A stretch of DNA of 39,579 nucleotides, taken from the IMG/VR virus record IMGVR_UViG_3300005326_000030; one strand, given 5' to 3'. Made by a program: the position numbers and the translations under genes. The DNA is from a virus. This document shows, one piece after another, positions 15,601 to 24,108 of the stretch (position 1 is the stretch's first letter; every line of letters starts with the position of its first letter). The notes below the pieces were generated by a model. That model had not been told where the DNA came from. It made no database searches and saw nothing but the letters and a program-made list of their open reading frames with translations.

Positions 15601-17164
15601 CTTTTCTATCTATATCTGGGATGTTCTTAACATCTTTTATCGTTCCACCTTCTGTAAGTAATGCTTTAGCCTCTCCCATTAGTTGTTCGTTTGGTTTTTG
15701 TTCATATCCTTGTAAATTTAATCCTTGTTTAACTTTATTAGATACATTTGGTGCTTCTGATACTGATTGTTGAAATCCTCTTAACTTTAATGTTGGTTCA
15801 GTTGGTTGTTCTAATGGAACACTTTGTTTAATCTTTATAGTTGGTTGAGTTGATTCAGTCTTTATCTTAATAGTAGGTTCTTGTTTTATTTTAATCCCTT
15901 TACTCTCTGGTGATATTTGAGATGGTAAAAGATATTGTTTAATTCTTTCAAACAATTTTTTAATTTCAGCTAAATCTATACCCTCTCCTTGTGGTGTAGA
16001 TATAGATGGTTGTTTACCAACTATTCCCATTTGTATTTGTTCTCCACTAGCACTTAGATCAGTTAGTTTACTAGAAATCAATTTATATTGTTCTTCGAGA
16101 GATAATTTTTGCCAATCTTTTTTAGGCATTATATTAAATCCTTCATTATAGTCATTAGCTAGTTTTGAGGCTTGAGTTCTTAATTCTAAATTAGGAACAC
16201 CAGTTTTCTTTTCTTCGCTTAAAGCAGATAATACTTTTTTAGTTTGGTCTATATCTGATTGATAAAGTTTTCCATCACCCATACCTTTGACTTTAACTCC
16301 TGTATCAAATTGTGTTTTTCCGCCAATTAATCCAGTTACTAAATCAATTCCCATACTTAACGGAGTTGTTTTTTGACCAGTTGAAATATCTGAAACTATA
16401 CCTTGACCAACATTTGAGACTCCAGCAGTAATCCTATTAGCAGCTACTCCTTGAACAGGAGTAAAGTTTACAACTTTTGAGAGTAAAGGATTAGTTGCTT
16501 GAGAAACACCTGCAAATACTGGTGCATAAGCCAAACCAGTTCCAGCACCTTGAGCAAACGAACCGCCTTGGACTTTATTTATTCCACCACTAATACCAGC
16601 CATAGTTAAAGCAGTTTTTGCATTTAATTTTTGCCCACCAACTAAAGTGGCAGCAGTTCCCAAACCTTCACCTGCAATTTGTAGTCCAGTTTTATTATAA
16701 TCTTGTTGAACATTAGTTGCACCTTGTTGAGACAGTTGTTGATTTTGATTAGCTAAATTTAACCACCTTTGTCTTTCTTCTTGAGTTTTAGACTGGTTAG
16801 CCATTTTTAAAGCAGTATTAATATACTGTGAATATTGTTGAGTATTTTGTTGAAGTGTTTTATTTACATAAGGTGAAGCAGCAGTATTTCCTAATGTTTG
16901 TCCAAATTGAAATACTGGAGATGATTTTAGTCCAGCAGTAAAATCTTTTGCAGATTGAATATTCTTTACATCAGAAGCACCATAGGTATTTATTCCAATT
17001 AAATTATTGTTTTTTAGGGTATTAAAAGTATTTTTTACTGGTTGAAAAGTAAAATTACCTTGTCTAATCCAACCTTGATTATCATTCATTGACGAATTAA
17101 CAGACGAGCCAATGTTATTAGCTGTTTCTTTCAGCTTTTTTAGCAAATCTTTAATTCCAGCCAT
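12626..17164 (-). CDS. Giant internal virion / ejection-type protein, 1512 aa, with an HNH-like motif and a Lys-rich tail
   Basis: Largest ORF in the structural module. DHKIALTLGGSNDESNLQVLTNEENQIKG at aa 1263-1292. Last ~83 aa are a K-rich periodic tail. Confidence 0.55.
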   Translation of the reverse strand: MAGIKDLLKKLKETANNIGSSVNSSMNDNQGWIRQGNFTFQPVKNTFNTLKNNNLIGINTYGASDVKNIQSAKDFTAGLKSSPVFQFGQTLGNTAASPYVNKTLQQNTQQYSQYINTALKMANQSKTQEERQRWLNLANQNQQLSQQGATNVQQDYNKTGLQIAGEGLGTAATLVGGQKLNAKTALTMAGISGGINKVQGGSFAQGAGTGLAYAPVFAGVSQATNPLLSKVVNFTPVQGVAANRITAGVSNVGQGIVSDISTGQKTTPLSMGIDLVTGLIGGKTQFDTGVKVKGMGDGKLYQSDIDQTKKVLSALSEEKKTGVPNLELRTQASKLANDYNEGFNIMPKKDWQKLSLEEQYKLISSKLTDLSASGEQIQMGIVGKQPSISTPQGEGIDLAEIKKLFERIKQYLLPSQISPESKGIKIKQEPTIKIKTESTQPTIKIKQSVPLEQPTEPTLKLRGFQQSVSEAPNVSNKVKQGLNLQGYEQKPNEQLMGEAKALLTEGGTIKDVKNIPDIDRKVTAAMQEALNLDAAGKHDEAAALFNNLSDIGTELGRGVQAYSLLQKMSPQAISLSAAGQIKKYNRTAKVKLPELTGEQQKLISGQVEAIRNMVDGKEKNIALNQLEQTINSFIPSSKTDKFITVWKAGLLTSLRTHIRNIAGNTVMQGAEITSQAPAGFADYLMSLRTGQRTISPTLKGTVSGAKEGFGQSVDIMKYGFDPSKEISKFDVKKITWKNTPTDQALKKYTDFVFNTLSAEDKPFWQSSYSRSLYNQAGAEAMNQGKKGNTKVIQNLVNNASEAMKNQATIDANYATFKDKNMISNVAANFKRVMGSKWYGKLASEVVAPFTGVPSSMLTKTFDYSPLGLLNGIKDAGKVVTKNVPDLQRQAAQEIGRGTIGTGIFALGAYLAGKGLITGQPKDDAERKQWELEGKQANSILINSKWRSINSIGPQAIILLAGAKADEELNNPEGNIGKYGLSLVQDQLNQTFLAGVQQPLQAITDPTRYGKSYVGGQISSLTPNIVKDISKSLDPTQREVDTGTMGGNIKTSIQAGVPIWRNQMTPKRDTLGNILKQEPTGLGAFVDLFNSKTPISNNVVDELKRLNEGGYNATPSKITKNQTINGTKVVLDQKSLDQYEEEAGKAVSTSLEALFNSNSYQKLDDESKQEAIDKLVTAERKKVRANIDLKYMPDTGYVKSTDAPTSLGGKISVYGKSIVTDPGQTIKAVIAGNPIRKVEGGTVILERKNSLGTLDKGNTSTQIDHKIALTLGGSNDESNLQVLTNEENQIKGQFETYLYKEMKAGRITKEEAQKKDLNWREEVNKLPKAEQTKIANSLKDEAIDETSENVYKLVSEAGTVTTIDLGKEIEEPKLTGFTEVDKKLKSSYKSAITTRINNVVKLYEDGQLTAEEAEKYIKALKAKSSSTGSGKKLTIGKTPNLTIKKIASLKIKPVKIPKLAFKITSTKGKSLSKFKTTKSNKLTSLKLKKIKTPKLNLTLKAPIKSSALKVAMA

Positions 17165-17166
17165 AA

Positions 17167-18465
17167 CTATTTATAAGTTGATAAAAAGTCTGTTTCTTTC
17201 TTTTTCTGTGCATTGTAGAAACCAGTCATCCCACCACTATCAGCACCTTGAACATTATTTAATCCACCTATTTCATTAGCAGTAATAGTTTGTGGAGTAT
17301 ATTGTCCATAACCGCTAATTTTGGCTTTAGCATCATCAATAGTAGCCATTCTGTTTAATGCCCACTCTTGTATACCTTGATTCCAAGAAGTAATTTGGTC
17401 ATCAATCTGTTGGATTCTAGATAAAGCATTTTGAATTAACCCTGTTTCTGTAGCAGCCAAAGCAGCAGCTTTTTGACCAGTAGCAGTTAATTTAGCATTT
17501 CTAATTTGAATTAATTGATTATCAGCCCAATCTTGTATAGCACCTGTTTGTTCATTCTTCCAAGTGGCAAGTTTATTGAGTTGATCGTCATAAGTAGCTC
17601 TAATTTGTTGTTCTTGTCCTTGAATTTGAGCTAATTGAGAATTGGCTTGATTACTTACATCTGCACTTGATTGTCCAGCAGCTTTACTTAATGCAAAATT
17701 GTACATACGAGCAGCACTTGAATCACCAGCACCAGCACTACCTAATTGCATACCGCCTGCTTTAGACATTTGATTCATCTGTTGTTGTAAATCACGAATA
17801 GATTGAGCTTTACTAGCAGCAACTTGTCCTCTTGAAGTATCTAATGCCCCTAATGAACCTTGCATATTACCACTTAATTCAGTTTGTTGAGAACCATATA
17901 AGTTATTCAAAGTATTCATCTTATTAGCCTGTTGAGTTGGTATTAAACCAGCCATTTGATCTAGTTGTTGAAATACTGGATCATAAGCAGAATTAAAAGC
18001 ATTTCTTGAAGCATTTAAAGCATCAGAATAACCATTACCACCACCACTAAATTTAGAACCGCCACCTGCAGCAATATCTGCATTAATAGCAGCTAAATCA
18101 TTCCAACCAGCTGCTCTATATTTGTCAATTAAAGCAGAATTATCTGTACCACCAGTTCCACCAGTACCACCAGTACCACCTGTTCCACCTGTTCCACCAC
18201 TAGTTTTTTTTTGATTTATTATTTTTTGAGTATCAGCATATTCATTTTGTGTATTTTGTAAAGTTGAACCTAGACCACTTAATCCATTATCTTCAGCAGC
18301 ACTAACTGTTTTAACTATATTACCAAAAGGATCTTGATATTGTACTTTCCCACTTTCTGGATCGTAATAATAATTATTGATTTGATGTCCAGCAACACCA
18401 ACACCTGCATTTTTTGTTTCTAATAATGATTCTAATCCTGTTGTATTATTACTTTTTGGTGGCAT
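17167..18465 (-). CDS. Q/A/G-rich internal virion protein, 432 aa
   Basis: Start trimmed to MPPKSNN; the upstream MGGFLLFK codons are a translated hairpin. Contains (GGT)x6. Confidence 0.4.
   Translation of the reverse strand: MPPKSNNTTGLESLLETKNAGVGVAGHQINNYYYDPESGKVQYQDPFGNIVKTVSAAEDNGLSGLGSTLQNTQNEYADTQKIINQKKTSGGTGGTGGTGGTGGTGGTDNSALIDKYRAAGWNDLAAINADIAAGGGSKFSGGGNGYSDALNASRNAFNSAYDPVFQQLDQMAGLIPTQQANKMNTLNNLYGSQQTELSGNMQGSLGALDTSRGQVAASKAQSIRDLQQQMNQMSKAGGMQLGSAGAGDSSAARMYNFALSKAAGQSSADVSNQANSQLAQIQGQEQQIRATYDDQLNKLATWKNEQTGAIQDWADNQLIQIRNAKLTATGQKAAALAATETGLIQNALSRIQQIDDQITSWNQGIQEWALNRMATIDDAKAKISGYGQYTPQTITANEIGGLNNVQGADSGGMTGFYNAQKKKETDFLSTYK
18145..18198 (-). repeat. 9-bp tandem repeat x6 encoding (Gly-Gly-Thr)6
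   Basis: Minus strand reads GGT GGN ACN six times in a row. Confidence 0.85.
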
Positions 18466-18548
18466 ATTTTTGTGTTTAAATAATAAAAAACCTCCCATTT
18501 CAGGGAGGCATGGTCGTAAAGACCTTTTACTATGTTTATTATATCATT
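18466..18548 (-). promoter_or_regulatory. Late cassette copy C: TGATATAAT, 5 nt, TAGTAAAA, hairpin 1, hairpin 2, T-run
   Basis: TATAAT at 18539-18544. Hairpin 1 is GGTC-TTTAC-GACC. Hairpin 2 is CCTCCC-TGAAAT-GGGAGG followed by T6. Confidence 0.65.
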
Positions 18549-18555
18549 TAAATTT

Positions 18556-18772
18556 TATACTATCCACTTATTCTCTCCATGAAGTCTTATTTTGTCGTAT
18601 TTTGTAAGATGGGCAAAGACATAGGGAACATTATCATTGTACTGTGTACCGTTACATAACTTCATAAACACACCAAACATCTACAACGTCTTTTAATTTA
18701 TTAATAGCAGCAGTAAAACATTGTTTAAAATACGAGGCACGATTATAAGTAGTTATTCCAACTCCAATCATA
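18556..18772 (-). pseudogene. Decayed family-2 glycosyltransferase remnant
   Basis: MIGVGITTYNRASYFKQCFTAAINKL... (GT2 N-terminal signature) stops after 39 aa. It continues after a frame shift as NGTQYNDNVPYVFAHLTKYDKIRLHGENKWIV and then ends. Confidence 0.4.
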
Positions 18773-18834
18773 CCGTATTATATCAAATAAATATCACGTC
18801 TTTATTATCTACTAAATAACGATTAATTTAAAAC

Positions 18835-19755
18835 TTATACATTACTAACTCCACTTATTTTTTTAATCTGATTAGATGTCGTTAAATATTTAATTATTAC
18901 CAATCCACTTCCACCATTTTTACCATAATAATAAGCATCATTTGGATAAGAACCACCACCACCTCCACCTCCAGTATTAGCAGCTCCAGCAGTTCCATCT
19001 TGACTATTTGTAGCACCATTACCACCACCACCATAACCACCATAACCAAAAACAGTAGCACTACCACCACCACCACCAGAAACATAATAAGTACCACCAA
19101 CATTATGACCAGAACTAGCAGCAGCCAATAAAGCAGAATAAGCAGCAGTACCAACTCCACCATTTCCAGCAACTCTGTTTGAAGTATTATTCGCACCAAC
19201 AGCACCAGCTCCGCCTCCACCAGCACCACCATAATCATTTGTAGTTCCTCCATTATATCCTTGACTACCAGTTCCACCAGTGGCATAAGATAAACCTCCT
19301 GCTCCACCTCCACATCCACCATTACGGCCAGCACTACCACCTGAATTTGTACCACCTCCTCCTCCTCCTCCAATAGCAGTTAGTGTTCCAAATACTGAAT
19401 TTCCACCGTCTCCACCTTGACCAACACCAGATGTATGACCAGCACCGCCTCCGCCAACAGTAACAGTATAAGTTTGTTGAGTTAAATCAAAAGAGTTGTT
19501 ATAAGCTACACCTCCACCTCCACCTCCACCTCCAAAATAACGTCCACCACCTCCACCTCCACCAACAACTAAAATTTCCGCTTTCCCTGTCCCATAAACC
19601 ACTAAACTACTTGTTTCTGTAAATTTATGAATAGTATAATTACCACTGGTAATAACTGTTCCGCCAGTACAAAAGAAATAATTATTAGTTTTTCCACTAA
19701 CTTTTTTAATTGTGGTTCTTGTCTTTCCAAAAGTTTTTTTAATTGCTATTGCCAT
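18835..19755 (-). CDS. Glycine-rich domain protein (fibre/structural)
   Basis: VVGGGGGGGRYFGGGGGGGG...GGGGGGGSYP...GGSGLVIIKY. This is the typical viral glycine-rich domain layout. Confidence 0.6.
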   Translation of the reverse strand: MAIAIKKTFGKTRTTIKKVSGKTNNYFFCTGGTVITSGNYTIHKFTETSSLVVYGTGKAEILVVGGGGGGGRYFGGGGGGGGVAYNNSFDLTQQTYTVTVGGGGAGHTSGVGQGGDGGNSVFGTLTAIGGGGGGGTNSGGSAGRNGGCGGGAGGLSYATGGTGSQGYNGGTTNDYGGAGGGGAGAVGANNTSNRVAGNGGVGTAAYSALLAAASSGHNVGGTYYVSGGGGGSATVFGYGGYGGGGNGATNSQDGTAGAANTGGGGGGGSYPNDAYYYGKNGGSGLVIIKYLTTSNQIKKISGVSNV

Positions 19756-19757
19756 AT

Positions 19758-21431
19758 TTATACAAGTTCAATTTGAACAAGTTGAGGATTAAAATACATT
19801 CTATCTGCATGAGTAGCCACCCCCATAATTTGAACTACATCATCTGTTCCAGTTGGAGCAGTTTGGGAAAGTGTATTACCAGTTGTACCAGTTGTTGAAA
19901 GATAAATTAAACCACCAACTGTCCATGCCCAAGTATCATCTCTTGCGAACCCTAAAAGTAGATAATTCCCATCAGCATTAGCAGAAATAGTTGCGTCTGC
20001 ACACATGGCGACACATGAAGAAGTAGCAATAGCATCAGCATCTCCTAATTGTGCTTGACCATCAGCGTTGATAAAACATACATCTCCAAAAGCTTGGTTT
20101 TCATTAGCATTTAGTACACATTTATTACCACTAGCAGTGTGATCTGAAGCAGGAGAAGATGTCATAGTTAAATCACTTGAACTTGGTGGAGCAACCCACC
20201 TTAATCCAGTTGTTTCACTTGCTCTTGACTCTAATACATAACCATCTGTACCGACTGGTAAAACAGCAGGAGTATCATTAGCACTAGCAGAAATAATATC
20301 TCCTTTAGCAGCTACTAATGAATTAGATATTTTTCCATCAGTTACATCTTTTACAGCTTTACTTGTTGGAACAGTTGTATCATCGGCACCCAAAGAAGTA
20401 ACAATAGTTTTATCTGAAGTACGAATATCTTTATTAGTTAAATTAAAAACAACTATTTCTCCATCGGCTATTCCTGTTTCGTTTAAAGCAGTGATATTGG
20501 TAGTCTTAGATATTTTAGTATCTGCATATTCTTTTGTAAGTCTATTAGTTGGATATTTGGTAGTTGAAGTATCAAGTGTTGTATTTTCTTTATTAGCGAC
20601 ATCTTCTTTTGAAGAAGCAAGTCCAGAGTATTGAGTATTGGTAGCATTATCACCTGAATTAGTTCCAGAAGTATTACTTAATATAGTTCCTTCGGCAGTT
20701 GTAATTAAACGACTACCAGCGACTTTATCAACTTTATCTCCTAGGGCAGTTAAACCAGCCAATCCACCAGCAGGAATAGCAACTCCATCTTTTAAAGTTT
20801 TAGAATTAGCACCCGACCATTGAGGTAGATAATCAGCAGTATTTGAAGCAGGACCTAAGACATCACCTGTACCAGCACCGGCAGTACCTTGTTCACCTTT
20901 ATATTTTTTCCATAATCCAGTAAAATCTGAGGCAACTGGTGAAGCAATAGCAGTAGTAGTATTCTTAACAGCAATATAATCTAATAAAGCACTAAAAGTT
21001 AATGTAAATCCTGTCCCTGTATCATCTGAAGCATAAGCAATATAAACATAAGCATCGTCTCCATCAGTACCATTAGTTCCATTTGTCCCATTAGTTCCAG
21101 CGTCTCCTTTATCCCCTTTATCTCCTTTTTCTCCTTGTATACCCTGAATACCTTGATCTCCTTTTGCTCCAGTTAGACCAGTATCTCCCTTATCACCCTT
21201 TGTTCCTTGAATACCTTGTATTCCTTGATCTCCTTTATCACCTTTAGAACCAGTATCACCCTTTGCACCGATTGGTCCTTGATCTTTAATAAAAGCCTTT
21301 ATTACTACATCAGGAGCAGTTACTGATTTTACTGATCCAGTAACAGCATTGACTCTGATATTACCACTAGACTCTACATTGGCCTTAATAGTATTACCAT
21401 TTACAATGTTCGCTAATATTAGTGTACTCAT
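19758..21431 (-). CDS. Collagen-like tail fibre protein
   Basis: 25 uninterrupted G-X-Y triplets (aa 52-126), followed by a long Thr/Ser-rich shaft and a globular C-terminus. Confidence 0.75.
   Translation of the reverse strand: MSTLILANIVNGNTIKANVESSGNIRVNAVTGSVKSVTAPDVVIKAFIKDQGPIGAKGDTGSKGDKGDQGIQGIQGTKGDKGDTGLTGAKGDQGIQGIQGEKGDKGDKGDAGTNGTNGTNGTDGDDAYVYIAYASDDTGTGFTLTFSALLDYIAVKNTTTAIASPVASDFTGLWKKYKGEQGTAGAGTGDVLGPASNTADYLPQWSGANSKTLKDGVAIPAGGLAGLTALGDKVDKVAGSRLITTAEGTILSNTSGTNSGDNATNTQYSGLASSKEDVANKENTTLDTSTTKYPTNRLTKEYADTKISKTTNITALNETGIADGEIVVFNLTNKDIRTSDKTIVTSLGADDTTVPTSKAVKDVTDGKISNSLVAAKGDIISASANDTPAVLPVGTDGYVLESRASETTGLRWVAPPSSSDLTMTSSPASDHTASGNKCVLNANENQAFGDVCFINADGQAQLGDADAIATSSCVAMCADATISANADGNYLLLGFARDDTWAWTVGGLIYLSTTGTTGNTLSQTAPTGTDDVVQIMGVATHADRMYFNPQLVQIELV
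21054..21278 (-). repeat. Collagen triple-helix repeat region (25 G-X-Y)
   Basis: GPIGAKGDTGSKGDKGDQGIQGIQGTKGDKGDTGLTGAKGDQGIQGIQGEKGDKGDKGDAGTNGTNGTNGTDGDD. Confidence 0.9.
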
Positions 21432-21435
21432 ATAT

Positions 21436-21798
21436 TTATGATGTTCTTCTTGTAATATCGCCAGAAATTCTTAGTTTTCGTGCAGGAATTGAAACTATTG
21501 CACCGGAACTTTTTTTAACTTGAATATCATAAAAATAATCCCCTGGTTCACAATCAGTATCACTTGCAGATAATGGGATAGTTGTTTTACCTTGAGTAGG
21601 ATCAGTTAAATCACCTGCAGCAACTTCAACTTCCATTACAGCAGTCGCATCAGTGGCTTCATTAGCAACGGTTGGTTTGGCAGTCAGAAAAACAGTAGCT
21701 CCGGTAATATCTACTGGAACCCCATCTTCTGTTAATTGAAAATCAATAGAACTTGTATCACCTCTAATTAAAAATATATCTGGTCTTGTTGTAGCCAT
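21436..21798 (-). CDS. Ig-like / BppU-N-like small structural protein, 120 aa
   Basis: Start trimmed to MATTRPD. The pattern of alternating beta-strand-like segments (GDTSSIDFQLTEDGVPVDITGATVFLTAK) is Ig-like. Confidence 0.35.
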   Translation of the reverse strand: MATTRPDIFLIRGDTSSIDFQLTEDGVPVDITGATVFLTAKPTVANEATDATAVMEVEVAAGDLTDPTQGKTTIPLSASDTDCEPGDYFYDIQVKKSSGAIVSIPARKLRISGDITRRTS

Positions 21799-21876
21799 TT
21801 TAAATTTAAATAATAAAAAACCTCCCAAACAAGGGAGGTATGCCTGTAAAAGGCTTTTACTATATTTATTATACCA
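21799..21876 (-). promoter_or_regulatory. Late cassette copy B: TGGTATAAT, 5 nt, TAGTAAAA, hairpin 1, hairpin 2, T-run
   Basis: TATAAT at 21868-21873. Hairpin 1 is GCCT-TTTAC-AGGC. Hairpin 2 is CCTCCC-TTGTTT-GGGAGG followed by T6. Confidence 0.65.
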
Positions 21877-21918
21877 AAATTGGTATTGTAATACTATTTT
21901 TTCTTTCCACCTTTACAT

Positions 21919-23034
21919 TTATTCATACATTACTTGGCAATTACAATTTGCACCTGAAATTACTAAATATAAACCATTAATGAATGGAATACCTGTATTA
22001 AATGATACATTAATAGGAATTGTTTGAGCACCCATAGCTCCTGTAGAATAAATTATCGTTCCAGTAGCCGAAGTATTATCATAAAGAGTTACTGTTGCGT
22101 TGTTATTAACTCCACTTAAATTTAAAGAATGAAGTGATCCAATTCCATTCTTAAGTAGGACTCCAGCAGTTGTTCCTTGCTGAAAGTAAAATTTAGATTG
22201 AGTTTTAGTATTTCCCCAAGTTAATATACTTAATACTTGAATATATAAATTAGCTGCTGATCCAACTCCTGTATTTATATTCTGAGCAAATGGTCTTAAA
22301 TGTCTAGTTCCACAAATTACAGAAGTAGTTTGAGTGAGAGTATGAATCAGGACTTTATCTATATAGAATTGAATACGTTTATTAGTATAAATAATTTCTA
22401 CAGTAGCAAAATTACTAGTTAAAGTATAAGTGGGAGAATCTCCATTAAAAGAACCACTATCAATTTTAATATCATTTAATCCAGTAGTTTTAGCACATAT
22501 AGAAAGGACTGATCCTTGTACCTGAAAATAAAATGAATCTGCTAAAGATGAAGAACTTGTAGCACCAAATCTCAAAGTATTATTAGTATATGAAGTTCCT
22601 CCTATTCTAATTATCCCCCTCAAATGATTCATTGATCCACCAATATATCTAGCAACAGAATTTGTGTAAACTAAAGCACTAGAACCACTATCAGTAGTGG
22701 TTGCGAGATTTAAAACACTGTTTGATATAGTAGCTGTTCCGTTAGCATTTAAGGAAGTAGTGTAAAAGTTCGTATCAGGGGTTGTTCCATTAAAGACTCC
22801 ACCAGCTACACGATTCTTTTCAGATACCATCATCTCATCAATCATTGTAGAACCTATTTCGTCACCCCATGAATCAAGAATACGAGAATATTGAAGTCCA
22901 TTAGTTTGATTAGCAGAAGTAGCTGGACTAACTACATTACCACTAACTCCATCAACAACAACTACTTTCTTAGCAGCTACACCATTAATCCATGCCCTTT
23001 CTTGCTGTGTTGACTCACTTACTATATTTCCCAT
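21919..23034 (-). CDS. Ser/Thr/Asn-rich structural protein, 371 aa (possibly receptor-binding or decoration)
   Basis: Long ORF in the structural module. No specific motif recognised. Many N-x-S/T triplets. Confidence 0.4.
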   Translation of the reverse strand: MGNIVSESTQQERAWINGVAAKKVVVVDGVSGNVVSPATSANQTNGLQYSRILDSWGDEIGSTMIDEMMVSEKNRVAGGVFNGTTPDTNFYTTSLNANGTATISNSVLNLATTTDSGSSALVYTNSVARYIGGSMNHLRGIIRIGGTSYTNNTLRFGATSSSSLADSFYFQVQGSVLSICAKTTGLNDIKIDSGSFNGDSPTYTLTSNFATVEIIYTNKRIQFYIDKVLIHTLTQTTSVICGTRHLRPFAQNINTGVGSAANLYIQVLSILTWGNTKTQSKFYFQQGTTAGVLLKNGIGSLHSLNLSGVNNNATVTLYDNTSATGTIIYSTGAMGAQTIPINVSFNTGIPFINGLYLVISGANCNCQVMYE

Positions 23035-23405
23035 TAAAATTCTCCATCAGCAATCGCACCGAGAGATTCAAGTATCTTGACTCTGCGATATAGATGTTCT
23101 AATTTAGACTCACCTACACTTGGACTGCCTAATTTGTAACTTAAATTTTCTATTTTCATAATTGCTTCATTTGTATCATTATTACCTTTCTTAGCCCAAT
23201 TAATTATTTGTTCTAACTTACCATCATAATCTGAATTAGATAGATTAAATAATTCTCTAAAAGGTCTTAAAGATAATTCATGTGCTACTTCTTTAGTTTC
23301 TTTTGAAGTATCAATAGTTGGACTTTTATATTCAGAACTTCCCAATTCATTTACTTTTTCCGCTATTGGTTCTACTTTTTTACCATCCTTATATACATTA
23401 TCCAT
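23034..23405 (-). CDS. Hypothetical protein, 123 aa
   Basis: ORF coupled to its neighbours. Confidence 0.5.
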   Translation of the reverse strand: MDNVYKDGKKVEPIAEKVNELGSSEYKSPTIDTSKETKEVAHELSLRPFRELFNLSNSDYDGKLEQIINWAKKGNNDTNEAIMKIENLSYKLGSPSVGESKLEHLYRRVKILESLGAIADGEF

Positions 23406-23412
23406 AGATATA

Positions 23413-24108
23413 TTATACCAATTTTTGAGTAAGTTTAATAAATCTATCTAATTGTTTTTTATGGTTCTTATTATATTTAGAATATTTTTTATCATAATCC
23501 TCTTTCTTTAATTCAATATTTTCTGGTACTACTATTACTCTACACCCACAAAGCATAGCTTCATATATTAATTGAGTATCATCATCATAGGTATAGACTA
23601 TTCTAGTATTTTTAAGTAGATCAGCATAAGCCCAACGACTAGGACAATCTATTATTTCTCTCAATTCTTCAACCATTGGAACTCTTGGTTTCTTCCAACC
23701 TTTATTACGATAGAAGCAATCAAACTTATCATTAGTTCCTTTAGTAAATAGTTCTGGTTCTATAGTATTAACTGTTAATAGTGGTTTGTCTAAGTATTTT
23801 TTATACCAACTAAATTGCAACCCATCTTTAAATGGTTCACCACCTAAGAACCCTGGCTTATTTAATGCCCATCTAACGACTTTGTGGATACCTACTGGAT
23901 TACCAGCTATAATCTCAGGATAAACAACAATAAAGTCCTCTGTAATTTTTTCTTTAGTTATGAGTGGTTCGTTCCACAATGGATTAGGGGTTGAAGTACA
24001 ATATGCCTCGTATCCTCTTTCGTTAAGATCGTGGACAAGTTTGTGTAGGACTCTTACTCCATTAGAGTTGTCTCTGTAAATTGGTGTAACTACTACGTAT
24101 GGACTCAT
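23413..24108 (-). CDS. Putative compact glycosyltransferase-like protein, 231 aa
   Basis: ATGA-coupled to the transketolase C-subunit gene. C-terminal IYEAMLCGCRVIVVP resembles the GT-B EA..G.PV motif. Confidence 0.3.
   Translation of the reverse strand: MSPYVVVTPIYRDNSNGVRVLHKLVHDLNERGYEAYCTSTPNPLWNEPLITKEKITEDFIVVYPEIIAGNPVGIHKVVRWALNKPGFLGGEPFKDGLQFSWYKKYLDKPLLTVNTIEPELFTKGTNDKFDCFYRNKGWKKPRVPMVEELREIIDCPSRWAYADLLKNTRIVYTYDDDTQLIYEAMLCGCRVIVVPENIELKKEDYDKKYSKYNKNHKKQLDRFIKLTQKLV

Noticed and set aside
18466-18498. Shared N-terminal MGGFLLFK on ORFs 17167..18498 and 21436..21828, at first sight a conserved signal peptide.
   Set aside because: These codons are simply the translation of the conserved hairpin 2 and T-run DNA of cassettes C and B. 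The real starts are the downstream ATGs at 18465 and 21798.
18897-19373. Minus-strand 158-aa Val/Leu/Glu-rich ORF inside 18835..19755.
   Set aside because: It is an alternative frame of the same glycine-rich repeat DNA and lies wholly within the better-supported gene.
21821-21838. GGAGG inside hairpin 2 as a sequestered Shine-Dalgarno (a translational riboswitch-like control).
   Set aside because: GGAGG lies 24-25 nt from the start codons in copies B and C, which is too far for an SD. Copies A and D use different stem sequences.
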